NCBI GenBank assembly: GCA_000165425.1
Contig: CT868330.1
Span: 186,001 to 250,000, forward strand
Source of the DNA: Paramecium tetraurelia
Taxonomy: Eukaryota
Direction of reading: 5' to 3'
DNA length: 64,000 nucleotides
How positions within the stretch are numbered: position 1 is the first letter of the stretch; each line of letters starts with the position of its first letter. The position numbers and the translations under genes are program-made. Of the stretch, positions 1 to 12,284 are shown one piece after another. Below the pieces are notes generated by a model that ran no database searches, was not told where the DNA came from, and was given only the letters and a program-made list of their open reading frames with translations.

Positions 1-2076
1 TCAATTCATACATCAATAATTCATCTGACGTATCACTGCTAAACAGAAGTATGTTAGAGCCAATTTTGCCACTTCCACTTGAAGCAGGAGATGATTAAGT
101 AAATAATTAAAGCTTATGCTTACCATAAATTTATTATCCCACTGTTAATTGATGTCCCAATTTGATGTCTGAGGAATGCATAGCATAAGGAGACATACTC
201 AAATGATGTTATGTAGCTATATTATCATTGAAACTAAATGTAATTAGCCAAACAGGGGGATTAACTTAAATTAATTAAAACAATTATACTTTTCTAATCA
301 GAAACTTCAATCAAAACGCTTTCCATTAAAGTGCTCTAAATTTTTCTATTGCCGAATTTTGAAAAAACAATGCAGTTTCTAAATAATTATTAATTTAAAA
401 TACTTATTGAAATCAAATAACTTAACTGCGCCTTCATTTGAAACAATTATGCAATGACCTGGCCATTAAGTTGTGATGAAAATCTGACTAATAGACCCAT
501 AAAGAGGATCATGCAAATTCTAATCACAAATTAAAACAGGATCTTAAGATGAACCATATTTCATAAGTCTCCAAATATTGATTATTGAATCTGAAGAATA
601 GGATATAAACTTCTCTCCTTTCTTTAAAAGTGTCAATCCATTTATCTTATTCAAATGTTTAGTATTATTTGTTCCAATCTTCTGAGTGTAGAAATTGCAA
701 ATATTGATATCTCTATTTAAATCACTAAATGCTATATGAGTATTGTCTTTCAAATCTAAGGCATTATTTGGCATTTATGATAATTGGATCTTCCTAAACA
801 CTCTGGGTTGAGTAGATATCATTATATCGTCGATATTCCAAACAATCAATTGCTTATCCTAACCCAAAGACACAAACTATCTGCTATTTGCTTCACTCGT
901 ACAAATCTTCTCAAGATAAACTATGTTCTAAGTGTGACCTAAATATGTTGCTATCTTCTTTTATGTTGTATCGAATATTCTTAATTAGCTGTCATTTTAT
1001 GAACCAATTGCAAACAAATTATCTAAAATTGATAGAATACATGTTATTTAAGTTCCTATTGTAAACTTTTTAGTTGGTTTCAATTAGAAACTAAATTAAT
1101 AAAATTTAATATACTTATCTATGTTTCTGGCTGCCATCTATAACTGTAGATTATTTTCTCCGGTTTGAACTTAAGATAATTCTTTGTTACTGCCAAAAGG
1201 AATGTATAATCTCGCTGACACAACATTATTCAACACAAATCCAACCTCATTCACTACTGAATCTAATATGTTCGTCTGCGGATTTTATAACTTATCATAG
1301 TTTGGAGGAGAATTAGTCATTTACAATAGGAATCTTGCCAAAGTTTGTAAATCTGTTAACATTTATAGTGGAGTAACATTTCCTTATGATAGCTACTTGC
1401 TCTTATTCAGATGATTCTTTAAATTGGATAAAAATTATTGGGCTTCTGGTGTTCCTAAAGATGCCAACTTATATTAAAATGTATTTTAATTGGAATAATA
1501 AAAGTTTTGCCTTGACAAAAGGAAAAACTAATCTATATTCGCTTTTAATGTGATAAATGATTATTTGTATTGTTCATTGAAACTATCTAGTCTCTTCATA
1601 TTCTCTTCTTTTATCGATTAAATTACAACCATAATTTTTTCTTGAAGATTTGTAATATCAATCGCCAATTCAGTCTTAGAATTATTAATAATACTATTAC
1701 TTTCTATCTAATAACCATTTCATCAATCTTTTATAAATGTGCTTCTCCTTATTCCAAAATCTACAACAAACTGATATTCTCTTTATTTTACATAAATTCC
1801 TAATATAAAACGATGTTTTGGTTAGCCAATCTCGACATTTCTTCACAAAATTGTGAGGCCTTAATTAAAATAAAGATATACAAATGCTTCGACATCGATA
1901 ATCTTTGTCAGATGATCGTTATGAAACAACTATGGGTCCTCTGGAGATTGAATAAATGGTCTTTTATCGCAAGTTATGTCAGAACACACTTTTGTGATTT
2001 ATTATTGCGTCAAAGTGTTTTTTAGAGGTGGTAAAGGCAAGGGAGTACATAATTTGTATGCTAAAGAATCCTCCAT
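1..2076 (-). CDS. WD40-repeat protein with N-terminal coiled-coil region (3' end runs off window)
   Basis: Code-6 ORF from ATG 2076 (MEDSLAYKLCTPLPLPP...), several ~22-25 nt GT-AG introns; WD motifs such as GHTQNIVYL...FVSLGQDKQLIVWNI and FISYSSDSIINIWRL. Confidence 0.8.
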
Positions 2077-2099
2077 TTCAATTAATTCGATATATTAAA

Positions 2100-2713
2100 G
2101 ATTTTAAATTATTTATTTGGAAATTATACATTTTACTTTTATATATCTGTTTTTATTGTTCCTTTCATGGTTAAAACAACTTACTTTTTCTACTGTTTAA
2201 CTAATGAGTTAAGTAGTTTTGGTTTCAACAGTTTTGATATAACCTCTGATGTTATAACAATGACATCCTATAAGTTGTAAATAAGCTTACTTATTTTGCT
2301 AGCCTTTCTTTAAGGTTTCCAACTAAGTTTAGTACATAGATAACTCTTCTTAACATTTTTTTTAAACATGATTCATTGTTATAAATTAAAATAATTCTTT
2401 TTTTTCGAACAACGGTTAATCCTTGAGATTCTTATTCTGCATATCTAGCTTTCTAGTCTTCTAATTCTTCATCTCTTGCTTTATAAGCTTTAGCCTCTTA
2501 ATTTCTGAGGATAGCCCTTGTCCTTTTACTAGTAATAAATCTTACTTTTTTGTATTTTCACTCTAACTTTCATTTTCCTTGTTTTAATTTTCTAATCCAA
2601 TCCTCATAATCTTAATTTGATCCTTAAATTCTAGTCTCGCTACGTAAAACTCTCTTTTTTTATCAGCCAAGTTTTCAGTTTTTGAAATTCATAATATTCA
2701 TTTCTACTCTCAT
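2100..2713 (-). pseudogene. Unknown charged protein, probably disrupted (TGA at 2373-2375 between two intron-bearing segments)
   Basis: ATG 2713 MRVENEYYEF...KAYKARDEELEDQKARYAEQ; two canonical-looking 23-nt introns, but the frame stops midway. Confidence 0.3.
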
Positions 2714-3140
2714 GATTAACTTAATTTAAACACTAATACTCTCCTTTTTGGTTATTTTGATACAACTATGACGTTCATGATTTTTTGTTAGACAACAAAT
2801 GATATTGTTAAACTAAATAGTTGAGTTAATATTCAATTAAATGTATGCTCCAGTATTATAGACATAGATTTTATTGCAGATTTAAATTTAGTTTTATTTT
2901 CTCAATATTTATTTGAGTATTAGTATTTCTATCCCAACAGTTCTTGTCTTTAGAATTATAAACATTGATTAAGGTTTACCTAAGTGTTTCGACACTGATA
3001 GTTTATTCTGCTTAGTGCCTTTAATACTTTCCTAAGTTCGAGAAGTGCATTCTCTTGAAAAAGTAATGAAATATATAATTCTTTTTAATATCACTTAATT
3101 GATAATTTATTTTATTGTTTTAAAAAATGAGGATATTTAA

Positions 3141-3858
3141 TCATGTTAATGCCCACCATAGCAAAACACCAAAAATAACTACTTCTATTACTATAAAGAT
3201 TAATAATCCGCAGTTTGAAGACTTAGCTATAAGTTTAACTAACTTGTTATTTGTAGTCATCATCTACTAATTTGTCTTATCCACATCTATGTTTAATTTA
3301 TCGAGCTATTTATTTTGCTCATCAAGTGTTAAATTAATTTGTTTGCCTTACTATTTTAATTAATCTGCCTATTAAATTTATAAATAATTATACCTAATCA
3401 TTGGTTCTATCCAATAACTTATCTTATTGAAGTTGTAAGTCCTTTTGATTTTTGTAGAGCTCTTAATTATTCATAACAGCTAGCTTAGCATCATCTCTTT
3501 AAAGATTTTGCATTGCCACTTCTTATTTAGTATCTGCAACAGACTTATTAAATTACTCCTTAATTAAATCTCTTTGATTTTTCAATTCTTAGATCTGGTT
3601 TTTTCTTTTTTCATTTTCCTTTTGCATCTAATTGTTTTCTTGATATTTCAAAACATCTGCAATTAACACCAATTCACGATCTATTAATGTCTTTCTAAAT
3701 GCATTACCCAAACTTGCTAATTAGCCTCTAATTTCTCCTTCAATCATAGTTAACTGTTATCCTCCTTTCTATTTTTGTTCCCTTTTATTCATATCCTATT
3801 TGATTGAAACAATAAGTTTCTGGATTCTTTCTATATCATTTTTGAATTAGTCACTCAT
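3141..3858 (-). CDS. Qc-type t-SNARE (syntaxin-6/8-like), C-terminal TM anchor
   Basis: MSDQFKND...; SNARE motif QQDKLLDRTNDQADQLKQQGKQINLTLDEQNKQLDKLNIDVDKT; C-terminal TM SSNCGLLIFIVIEVVIFGVLLWWALT*; 25-nt intron restores frame. Confidence 0.85.
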
Positions 3859-4051
3859 TATTATAATGAATTATTATTTTATAAATAAATTATAATAGAT
3901 TATCGAATAATATCTATAAGAATATTTTATTAAAAATTCAAATATTTTGAGATACAAACTCATTTATTGTTGAATATCTCAGAATAGAGTATGAATTTTT
4001 ACAATTTGAATAATAGTAAATATATAGATAAATTTAATGCATACTTGATTT

Positions 4052-4727
4052 TCAACTAAGATACTTTTATTATTCTATGACAAAGGCATGTTATTTGATT
4101 CTTTATTAGGATTCAACTAAATAAAAATGTAATTCTTCAATGTTCTATTCTTGTTCATTTTTTATATTGAAAATGTCAATTTTATTTTTAGGTACAGTTG
4201 CCAAATCTGTAGCAATTGATTATCTAGTGTGCTATATTTTTCCATCCATTTGTTGTAACAAATCCCCTAAAAAATTTATTCGATTCATTCTTTCAATCTT
4301 TTCGATGCTTCAATTTATTCAATGTTTACTTGGATTACAATTAGTTTTAACTTGATTTTTCTGATTAAATTTTCATTATTTCTTATGGATGATAATTTTT
4401 CACTCGAAATGATGGACTCTTAGTTAGTTAAGTGGAGGTGAACTATTATTACTAATTCTAAATTGAATTGAGATAATTAGTACCTTGATGAGTTGGCCAA
4501 CTATGGGTTGAATCTAAGATTCAAAAGATATCTGATCATACTTCGTATAATTGCATTTTGCCTTGATTTTGTGTTTAATTATTGCTCTGTTGGGTTGAAC
4601 ATCTATAGTGAGTTGCTGAGTTCAATCTTGATCCTTGGGAACTCTTGGCTCTATTTTAATCAACTAGAATTTATCTTCTGTTGTGTTTATTTGAGTATGG
4701 AATGTGACGGATAGCACAGATGTTCAT
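4052..4727 (-). CDS. Hypothetical ciliate-family protein (KSPSFRxKNY / EExHF motifs), paralog A
   Basis: ATG 4727, three short introns, ends ...NIEELHFYLVESQQRIKQHAFVIEQQKYLS*. Confidence 0.7.
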
Positions 4728-4758
4728 TTTAATTGATTTTAATATAAGTAGATGAATT

Positions 4759-5439
4759 TCACTTTTTTAACTTCTTTTCAATGTTCTCTAACCATTTTTT
4801 GTACTTCTATTACATTTCTACTTAAAAAAAATGAACTTCCTCTAGATTGGCATCCTTATTGTCTTCCAATATTGTTTGATCAATATTATATTTTGGAACA
4901 GAAGTTGTTTAACTAGATGAGGAAGGAGTTGCGACTATCTTCTTTATAGGTTATTTTTGTCTAACTTACTATTCATCATCAGTCCCTAGTTGAAATTAGA
5001 GTAATTCCATCGCACTCACTCTCTATTTGAAAGCCTGCCTTAAGATTCATATAATATAGACTTACAGAACTTTAAAAATTCGTTTGTCTCCTTATATCAT
5101 CTCTGGCTCCTGGTGTTATATGACGATAATTCTTCATCCTAAATGAAGGACTCTTTCGCAACTGAGTTGAATTCATTGATGAATCTGTTGGTTTCGACTA
5201 TTCATCATCGTTAATTACATTACCTTATCCTCAAACAAATCTAAATTGCATCTCTCGAAATTCGTTGGTGTATGCTAAATCTAAATAAAACCTACTTTAT
5301 AAGAAGGAGTGACTTATGATGAATTGAGATCAGAGTCCAACCTCTTCTTTGCTTAAACTTTGGGCCCTACACTCCCATTTCTTAATTGTACACGGTTTAT
5401 CTAACAATATGGATTCATCTTAGTCAATCCTGCACTCAT
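4759..5439 (-). CDS. Hypothetical ciliate-family protein (KSPSFRxKNY / EExHF motifs), paralog B
   Basis: ATG 5439 MSAGLTKMNPYC..., contains KSPSFRMKNY, ends ...NLEEVHFFQVEMQQKYKKWLENIEKKLKK*; exact intron boundaries less certain. Confidence 0.7.
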
Positions 5440-6840
5440 TTGTATAAATATATATATTAATTATATAATTTTTATTGTCAGATAATTTGAATATCATACA
5501 TCAAGTCCGAAAATTGCAGTGTGATTACAAATACTGAAATTCACTTAACAATCCCCTTCATAAATATATGTAGACTAATTATTCTGATTTTGCTTGAAAA
5601 GTCTTAAGAATCTTCTTTCTATAAATATTCTACTTCTAAATATATAAAATAATATCAATTTGATGTAGAAATCCTTTATATCTATAGCTTCTTGATTCTC
5701 AGATTTTAAAGAGCAATACTTTAAATTCATTCTTTCCATTTATAACCTGTACCAAAATAACCTTCTTCCCCTTGTAGTATAATATTATTATTCATAATTA
5801 CATAATAGATAATTTATTAAACATTTCAATAATAAAATCAATTTTACGAAATTATCTTGAATGTCTAATAATATAACTTTGATTTTATCCTATCGTAACT
5901 TCTCTTCTTAAGCTATGATACTTTTGAAACAATGCAAATTAATTATTATAAGAGCAATATTTTATTATCAAGAAATAGGAAAAGTTTTGGTAAGCTCGAA
6001 TAAAAGCTTAAATAATATATTTTATATTTCGTAAATCATCTCAGATAATTTTGTATGTAATTCAATTGTTGCTCTCTCCTTATTACCATTCAATAAATTA
6101 TTAATATACTTTATTAATTAATTATATTCAATATCTATTTTTCTGATTAAAAGTTCTGATTGATTTCTATTACTTCTCTAAAGGAAATAATAGACGCTTC
6201 TCTAAGCTTAAAACAAAGATTTATTCCTCAATTTCTATATTACAAGTAAGCTTTCTTAATTTAAGCTAGATGTCAACAAAATTAAATTAATTACTTTTTT
6301 GACTGTAAACATGGTAAATTTCTGGGGAAATCATATAATTCCTTGTTTAGGGAGATCTGATGACGTTGATAATTTTAAATTAAAATTAAATTGTAAGAAA
6401 GGTTTAAGAAATAAATCAATTTCAAATTTCTTAGTTAGCCAGCGTTTTTTGGAAATAAAAAATAAGGATTAGATAAGAATGGATTGAGATTCAGCATCCA
6501 TAATTGTGGATTTGATTTAAAAAGTGATAGATAATAAAAACCTAAGTTTGCTAACTAATTAATTTGATTAGTGTTATATAATAAGATTTGATTTTATTAA
6601 TTTTAATGATTCCCTTGTATATATAGTATGAGAATCAACAAGAGCCTAATATATTGAACATACCAAAATAGATTTGTTTGTTCCCAAATTATAAGTATTT
6701 GATGGATTTATGTTAGTCAAAATACGAGAGAAATACAAAGGCGCTACTAGGTAATAGAAAAATTCCTGAAAGCCCTACACTAATTGTAGATTGCCCAAAG
6801 CTAACCTAACAAATCTATAAAATATCCTATTTTAATATAA

Positions 6841-7450
6841 ATGTCATCTGATCACATTATGGTACATTCTATCTATTAAATAGGTTGATTTTGGAAAATT
6901 AAAAACTGATACCTGTGGCATAGGTGAGTTTATCTTTTCGCCTCAAAACTATTATGTTCCTTGCTATCATACTTAGGCTATTCCTCAGTGTCCTAAGATA
7001 TAACTCCCTATTCAAAAGAAAAGATAGATAAGTTTTATGTAGGATCAGAAAGACTCAAAAAATATACCGAAAAACTACTGTAAAAGCATAATAACCTTTG
7101 CATGTAAGAATCAAGATAACCTTTGTCTTGAAATTTTAAAAGACTAGTTGAAGGTTGTGAAATTTGTAGATAAGATCTCCCAGTATAAAAAACAATTACT
7201 AAATATTAAGATTTTTAGTAATTTATTGTAAAAGTCTGATGATCCTGAGGAAGAGGAATATAGAAGAGCATTTCGCATAATTAGGTATTATTATAGAAAT
7301 ATCAGTAGTCAAATCTTTATAAAGAAATAGGCTATTAATTATATATTTAATTCGAAAATTGTCTAATACAATTGGCATATGAGATATAGATTATAAATAT
7401 ATAAGGGGGTGAAGGATCCTGACCATTTTTCTCACTTAAAGAATTTGTGA
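6841..7450 (+). CDS. Hypothetical ciliate-specific protein (SKNIPKNY... domain)
   Basis: Two introns (22 and 24 nt), 187 aa; DSKNIPKNYCKSIITF...FRIISQIFIKKQAINYIFNSKI...HMRYRLQIYKGVKDPDHFSHLKNL*. Confidence 0.75.
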
Positions 7451-7512
7451 GATTAACTTACAATTGAACTGTTATGGTTATATATATTATTTAATATACA
7501 CAACCATATTTA

Positions 7513-8401
7513 ATGCCTAAGAAGTTTTCTATAAACCCCAAGTAAATAATTGGTTCTTATCAATAATCGAAGAGCTCAAGCTGCTAGAGAGAAAGAGGTT
7601 GAGAAGAAGGAGACTGCCAAGAGTAAAAAGAAATAGAAGGAGGAAGAAGAATATTGGAAGGAGACAGATAAGAATGTCATATCAAAATAAGAGAGATAGA
7701 GATAGAAGGAATTAGAGGAAGAGAGTAAGAGAAAGAAGCAAGAGGAGAAAAAAATGCTGTATGAGAGTGAGATGAATGCAATAGAATCAAGTATGAATAC
7801 AAATATAAATTGATAAATAATATAAGGGGGCTATATCTAAGAAGCAATTAAAGGAAGAATAGTAATAGCGATTGGCTGAACGTTTGTAGAATGTAGAAAT
7901 AGAGAGCGAATAGAGTGAGAATGAGGAAGTTGAATAGGAATAATTAGAATAGTAAGACAATAATTAATTTCTTTAATAAAATTAATAAGAACAATAAATA
8001 AATTTAGAGAAACTTCAAGAAATTTGGGATTCAGACAAAGAAGATTTCGATGAAGTAAATTAATGTATAATCATCCTAATAGACGATTGGATAAAATTAG
8101 AATCATATTTTAAGAGATTAATAAAAAAAAGATAAGGAAAAATATGAATAAATCATCGATGCAGATGGAATTGATTAGTTTATAGATGCTATAGATGGGA
8201 AAGGCCCTTAGTAATTGGTAATTGAATAGGAATATTATAATAGAAATTCAAAGAATATTGTCGCAAAAGATTATAGAAGGTTTAGAAGGACAATCCTTTA
8301 CTAAGACATTCTTAAATAATGGAAATGATTTATAAATAGGTAAAAGTCATACAATATAATAACAGTGGAAGACAGATCCTCTAAATCCTAAGAACTAATG
8401 A
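7513..8401 (+). CDS. CCDC124: CCDC124/Lso2-like ribosome-associated coiled-coil protein
   Basis: N-terminus MPKKFSINP-RAQAAREKEVEKKE...EEEEYWKETDK; C-terminus KDNPLLRHSQIMEMIYKQWKTDPLNPKNQ*, both characteristic of CCDC124. Confidence 0.85.
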
Positions 8402-8528
8402 TTTATAATAAAGCATAATAAAGTTAGATTTATTATCTTATGCATTTAGTGATGTATGCTTACGTCATTCCTATTTAATGTAATTTTTAAAAAGATGTGA
8501 AAATATACTCTTATTTTATTATTAATTA

Positions 8529-9305
8529 ATGGGATTATGTGAAAGTAGAGAGACAGAACATATAAGTAAGCAAAGAACTGATAGTTTCATAAAATCTTCT
8601 CATTCTTCTAAAGATCAGTTCAAATAGGATACCCACTAATTGAATAGTGTTCCTTATAAATATGAGACTGTGATAATATAGGATAATTTAAAAACTATCG
8701 CAGAGGAAAGTATTATACAATAAGATCGATCAATTTAATACTAATCTACAGCCACATCACCTCAAGAATCAAAAGATATGAAATAGGTGTCTCAGTAGAT
8801 TCCTTTGATGATCAAAAATCCAGCAGGAACTTGGAGTTTACAGGCACATATAATAAAACATGGAGGAATGTATGAAGTATCAGTGGGTAAGGAATGCATA
8901 GATATGTATGAAGAATGGGAATTCATTCTGAATCATGATGGACCTATAGTAAATTTCGATAGATTTGTGGTAATACGAAGTACATATAAATCTTTAGCTA
9001 CGTCATTTGTTGACAGAAAGTTTGTTGGTGGCTGAAGAGTCTTTGTAAGGAGAGTACAAGGTTGGTTCTATAGCTAGCAAGACAATGAAAGATTAGGCTA
9101 TGTGGCAATTAGAAATAGGCTCAGATATTCTATGTGAAAATACATTAGTTAGTAAATTAATTATTCTAAAGTAGAATTACGTCATTCATAATCTAAGTTA
9201 TATTTGTCAAGAACAAATGAAAATGGTTCAATGGAAAATCATAGAAGAGTAGCGCTAACTAAATTTGATCCAATCAATAGCTTTTGGTTAGTCAAATTGA
9301 AATGA
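8529..9305 (+). CDS. MIR-repeat (beta-trefoil, SDF2-like) protein with N-terminal MG-x-C motif
   Basis: Introns of 28 and 23 nt give 241 aa; three MIR-like repeats (LQAHIIKHGG..W; FVLRHLLTESLL..W; VKLRHSQSKLYLS..W). Confidence 0.75.
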
Positions 9306-9761
9306 TACTTAAAAAATCACTTGAATTATAATAAAATCTCTTCAACTTAATCAATAAACTGTTATACAATCAAGAATCAATTTATTCTACCATTCAATTT
9401 TGGATTAAAGCAATTATAGTTATTTTGTAATAATTTTATCAGTTTCAAAAAGTTCAATTCATTGAGTAAATTCGTTCCCACATCCATTATTATAAATATT
9501 GGATTTCTTTATCCTTTAGAATTGTGTTTTTGCTATTCAAATATCTAAGATTGTATTATCTCCGATTTTCATTTTAGTCTTGATTATCATTGATGGTTTT
9601 AGAGTGCTCTAAAATATATTAATAATCTTATTGTATGTTTAGTGATAAATTGGATTATAAAAGAGCTATTCTACATTGACTCTGAACTTTTTGTTGAAAA
9701 TGCCTTATTTGATTATTTATTCATCATTCAATTTTATAAATTCGCTCTTATAATTAAAATA

Positions 9762-10751
9762 ATGTCTGAAATACTTGATGATGAACAAGCTTATCTGAAG
9801 AGATGATATAAGTTTGCTAAAATACACAAAACGATTCCACCTCCTAAGAGGATAGTCGTCTTGAATCACTTTGTTACAGAATCAAAATTAGGGATGTCTC
9901 TCTAATATTTCACAAAAAAGGATATATAATAATCAATAGGAATGCTGTTAAATTTATACAATTCAAACACAAAAGAATATTTTGGTAGAACTTATGAATC
10001 TCCATAATTGGAATTGAATTACTAATAAGCAAATCAATTATTGGAACACCCAGAAGTATTTTGTTATTTTCATTTACGTTAAATTGAATCTATTTAAGTT
10101 GCTGCAGAAATTGTGTTGTTTGGTATTCTCAAATATATAATATTTTAAGTATTCAACATTTAATAGTATTAATGATAATGATTTAATACTTAAGCTTATT
10201 GGTAATCTAAATATTTAAAGAAAAAGGATCAAATTATATAAAATAGATAGATTATTGGTTAGTGTTTAGGGGATATTGGTTAAGAAGTAAATACACTTTA
10301 AAAAGGGGGTTTATCGAGATTCTTAATTAGCATGAGATTATTCACTGAACAGATTCATAAGGTAATGGTGAGCTGTGTAGATGACAAATCTCATGAATTA
10401 GTCAGAGGATGAATCTTAAATATTTCGCCAACTTTCCTCTAATCAGTTAGGTAATTTGATATCCAGGCTCCATGAGGTTCAATGAAGACTTATATTGTTA
10501 AATATGGTAATAAAGAAAATAACGAGGTTCTTTTAATTTTTTAATCATCCAATACATAAATATTAAAAGTAATCATTTACTTAAGTTGTAGTATCAAAAC
10601 TAGATATTTATTCAAAGCATAATCGATATAAGATGTTACTTTATAAATTCATAGAGTAGGTGAAATTGATAAAGCAAAAGTGTTTATTAGTGATGAAGAT
10701 AGATCAAGAGATGCATTTGATTGTTTTTTATTTAGAATCACTTATATTTGA
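9762..10751 (+). pseudogene. NPHP4: Nephrocystin-4 (NPHP4) pseudogene with large internal deletion
   Basis: N-terminal NPHP4 motifs (IPPPKR; LNLYNSNTKEYFGRTYES; YFH..VAAEIV; GGLSRFL) joined to C-terminal motifs (VDDKSHELVRG*IL; KVFISDEDRSRDAFDCFLFRITYI*); in-frame TGAs at 9804, 10410, 10473. Confidence 0.7.
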
Positions 10752-10782
10752 ATATAGCAAATTTATATACATTTGAAATTCA

Positions 10783-12262
10783 TCAATCTTGTTACTCATA
10801 ATGTTCTTCATCTGAAACTTCTGATATTCTTGGTGGTTGATTGGTTTATTTCTTATAACTGTTAAATTCCAAGATTTCCTAATCCTCATCTAAAAATGGA
10901 TCCAACGTATCAGACACTTTGATATTTTGTAAGTCCTCATTTGATTTTTCAAATAGCTAAGTATGTAATTATTGCTTACATTCAAATTATAATAGAGTAA
11001 ACTAGAATTGTTGAATGATAGCCCTACAGACAAGACCATCTTCTATACATCATGGTAGTCAACCACTTGTTTCTAATTCCAATATTCTTTTATTTTTTGT
11101 TTGTTTTGATTTAATTATTCTTACATAGTTTGTTATTCCTATTCAAAATCGAAATTATTAAATGTTTCATAGATACCAATCAAATTTAAGAATTACTCGA
11201 TCAGTACATCCCCATTTCCTGTGAGACAATTGAGAATTTAGAGAATCTTTTTATTATCAGTGAATGAGAATGGCTCTCTAATTTAATAATCATATTATTA
11301 CTGACTCAAAATATGATGAAAATCATCTAATCTGATTTAGACGTTCTATTCTTTGGCTTATTGTTTCAATCCATCAAACATTTCATTTAATTATTTCACT
11401 GTAATACCCCTGAGGATTAATTTAAACTTTAATTCGGTTAAAATTAGTTAATGAAGTGCACTTAATTTTAAGTGAGACGAAGGTTTCTTTAAAATGACAA
11501 AAGCTTTTTCTCTATCTTAGAGCATTTTTATAGTGACTTTTAGATTTGTTTTTTCTGAAATTAATTTCTTGTTTTGTGCTTACAACGTGTTAATCTTCTT
11601 TTCATGTTACTAGATACTTGTCTTATTCAGAATCTATAAATATATAACTAAGTTAAAATTACTTGCTATTGTTTTAACATTTCTTCAAGTTAAGTGATTT
11701 TTGTATTCAAATTCTTGTTCTCATTAACATTATTTTCATTAAGCCTTTATAATTTTTAAATGTCCACTTAAAGGTTTTGGAACCATTACAATTTTTGATT
11801 CAAATCGTTTATTTATTTAATAGCATTTTCATAACAAGATTTCAACTTTGCATATTCTTCAATTTAGACTTTGTTTTCGCATTCTAATTCAGCTATTCTA
11901 GTTATCTTAGCACTTCTTTTTAAGTGTTCAATCTAATCAATTTTTTCCTTTAATTATTATGACAATTCTTTATTGTGTTTCCGCAATTGAATTAGTAGTA
12001 AATCAGAGGATTTGTTAAGTGATCCAACACACAATTTTTCATACCTAACTAGATCTTTATCAAATAATATAATTTAAGTCTTCAATTTAGTGTTCTCATT
12101 GATTAGCTTATTGTTTTCAACTTTGATTTGTTACAATTCCTATTACATGCGTTCTCGATCATCATGGAAGAAAATTTTGTCATAAGTTTGATCGACTAGA
12201 TCTTTGCGTCGAATATTTGTCTCTGCAGTGGAACTTGATCTATCATTAAGCTTTCGTTACAT
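10783..12262 (-). CDS. Coiled-coil protein of unknown function (possible degenerate EF-hand-like C-terminus)
   Basis: ATG 12262 MQRKLNDRSS...; long heptad-rich Q/E/K region, short introns, TGA at 10783. Confidence 0.7.
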
Positions 12263-12284
12263 AATTAATTATTATAAATGCATA

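Noticed and set aside
5480..5795. Minus-strand GEEGYFGTGYK looked like a kinase Gly-loop
   Set aside because: No downstream kinase motifs and a TGA follows within a few codons; it could equally be a PH-like relic, so left unassigned.
9330..9727. Minus-strand ATG ORF MMNKQSNKAF...
   Set aside because: Early TGA and no valid splice donor; possible relic but not supportable.
9804..10475. In-frame TGAs as selenocysteine or genome-wide Trp recoding
   Set aside because: The locus also has a large deletion and further stops; intact genes use TGG for Trp and TGA as stop.
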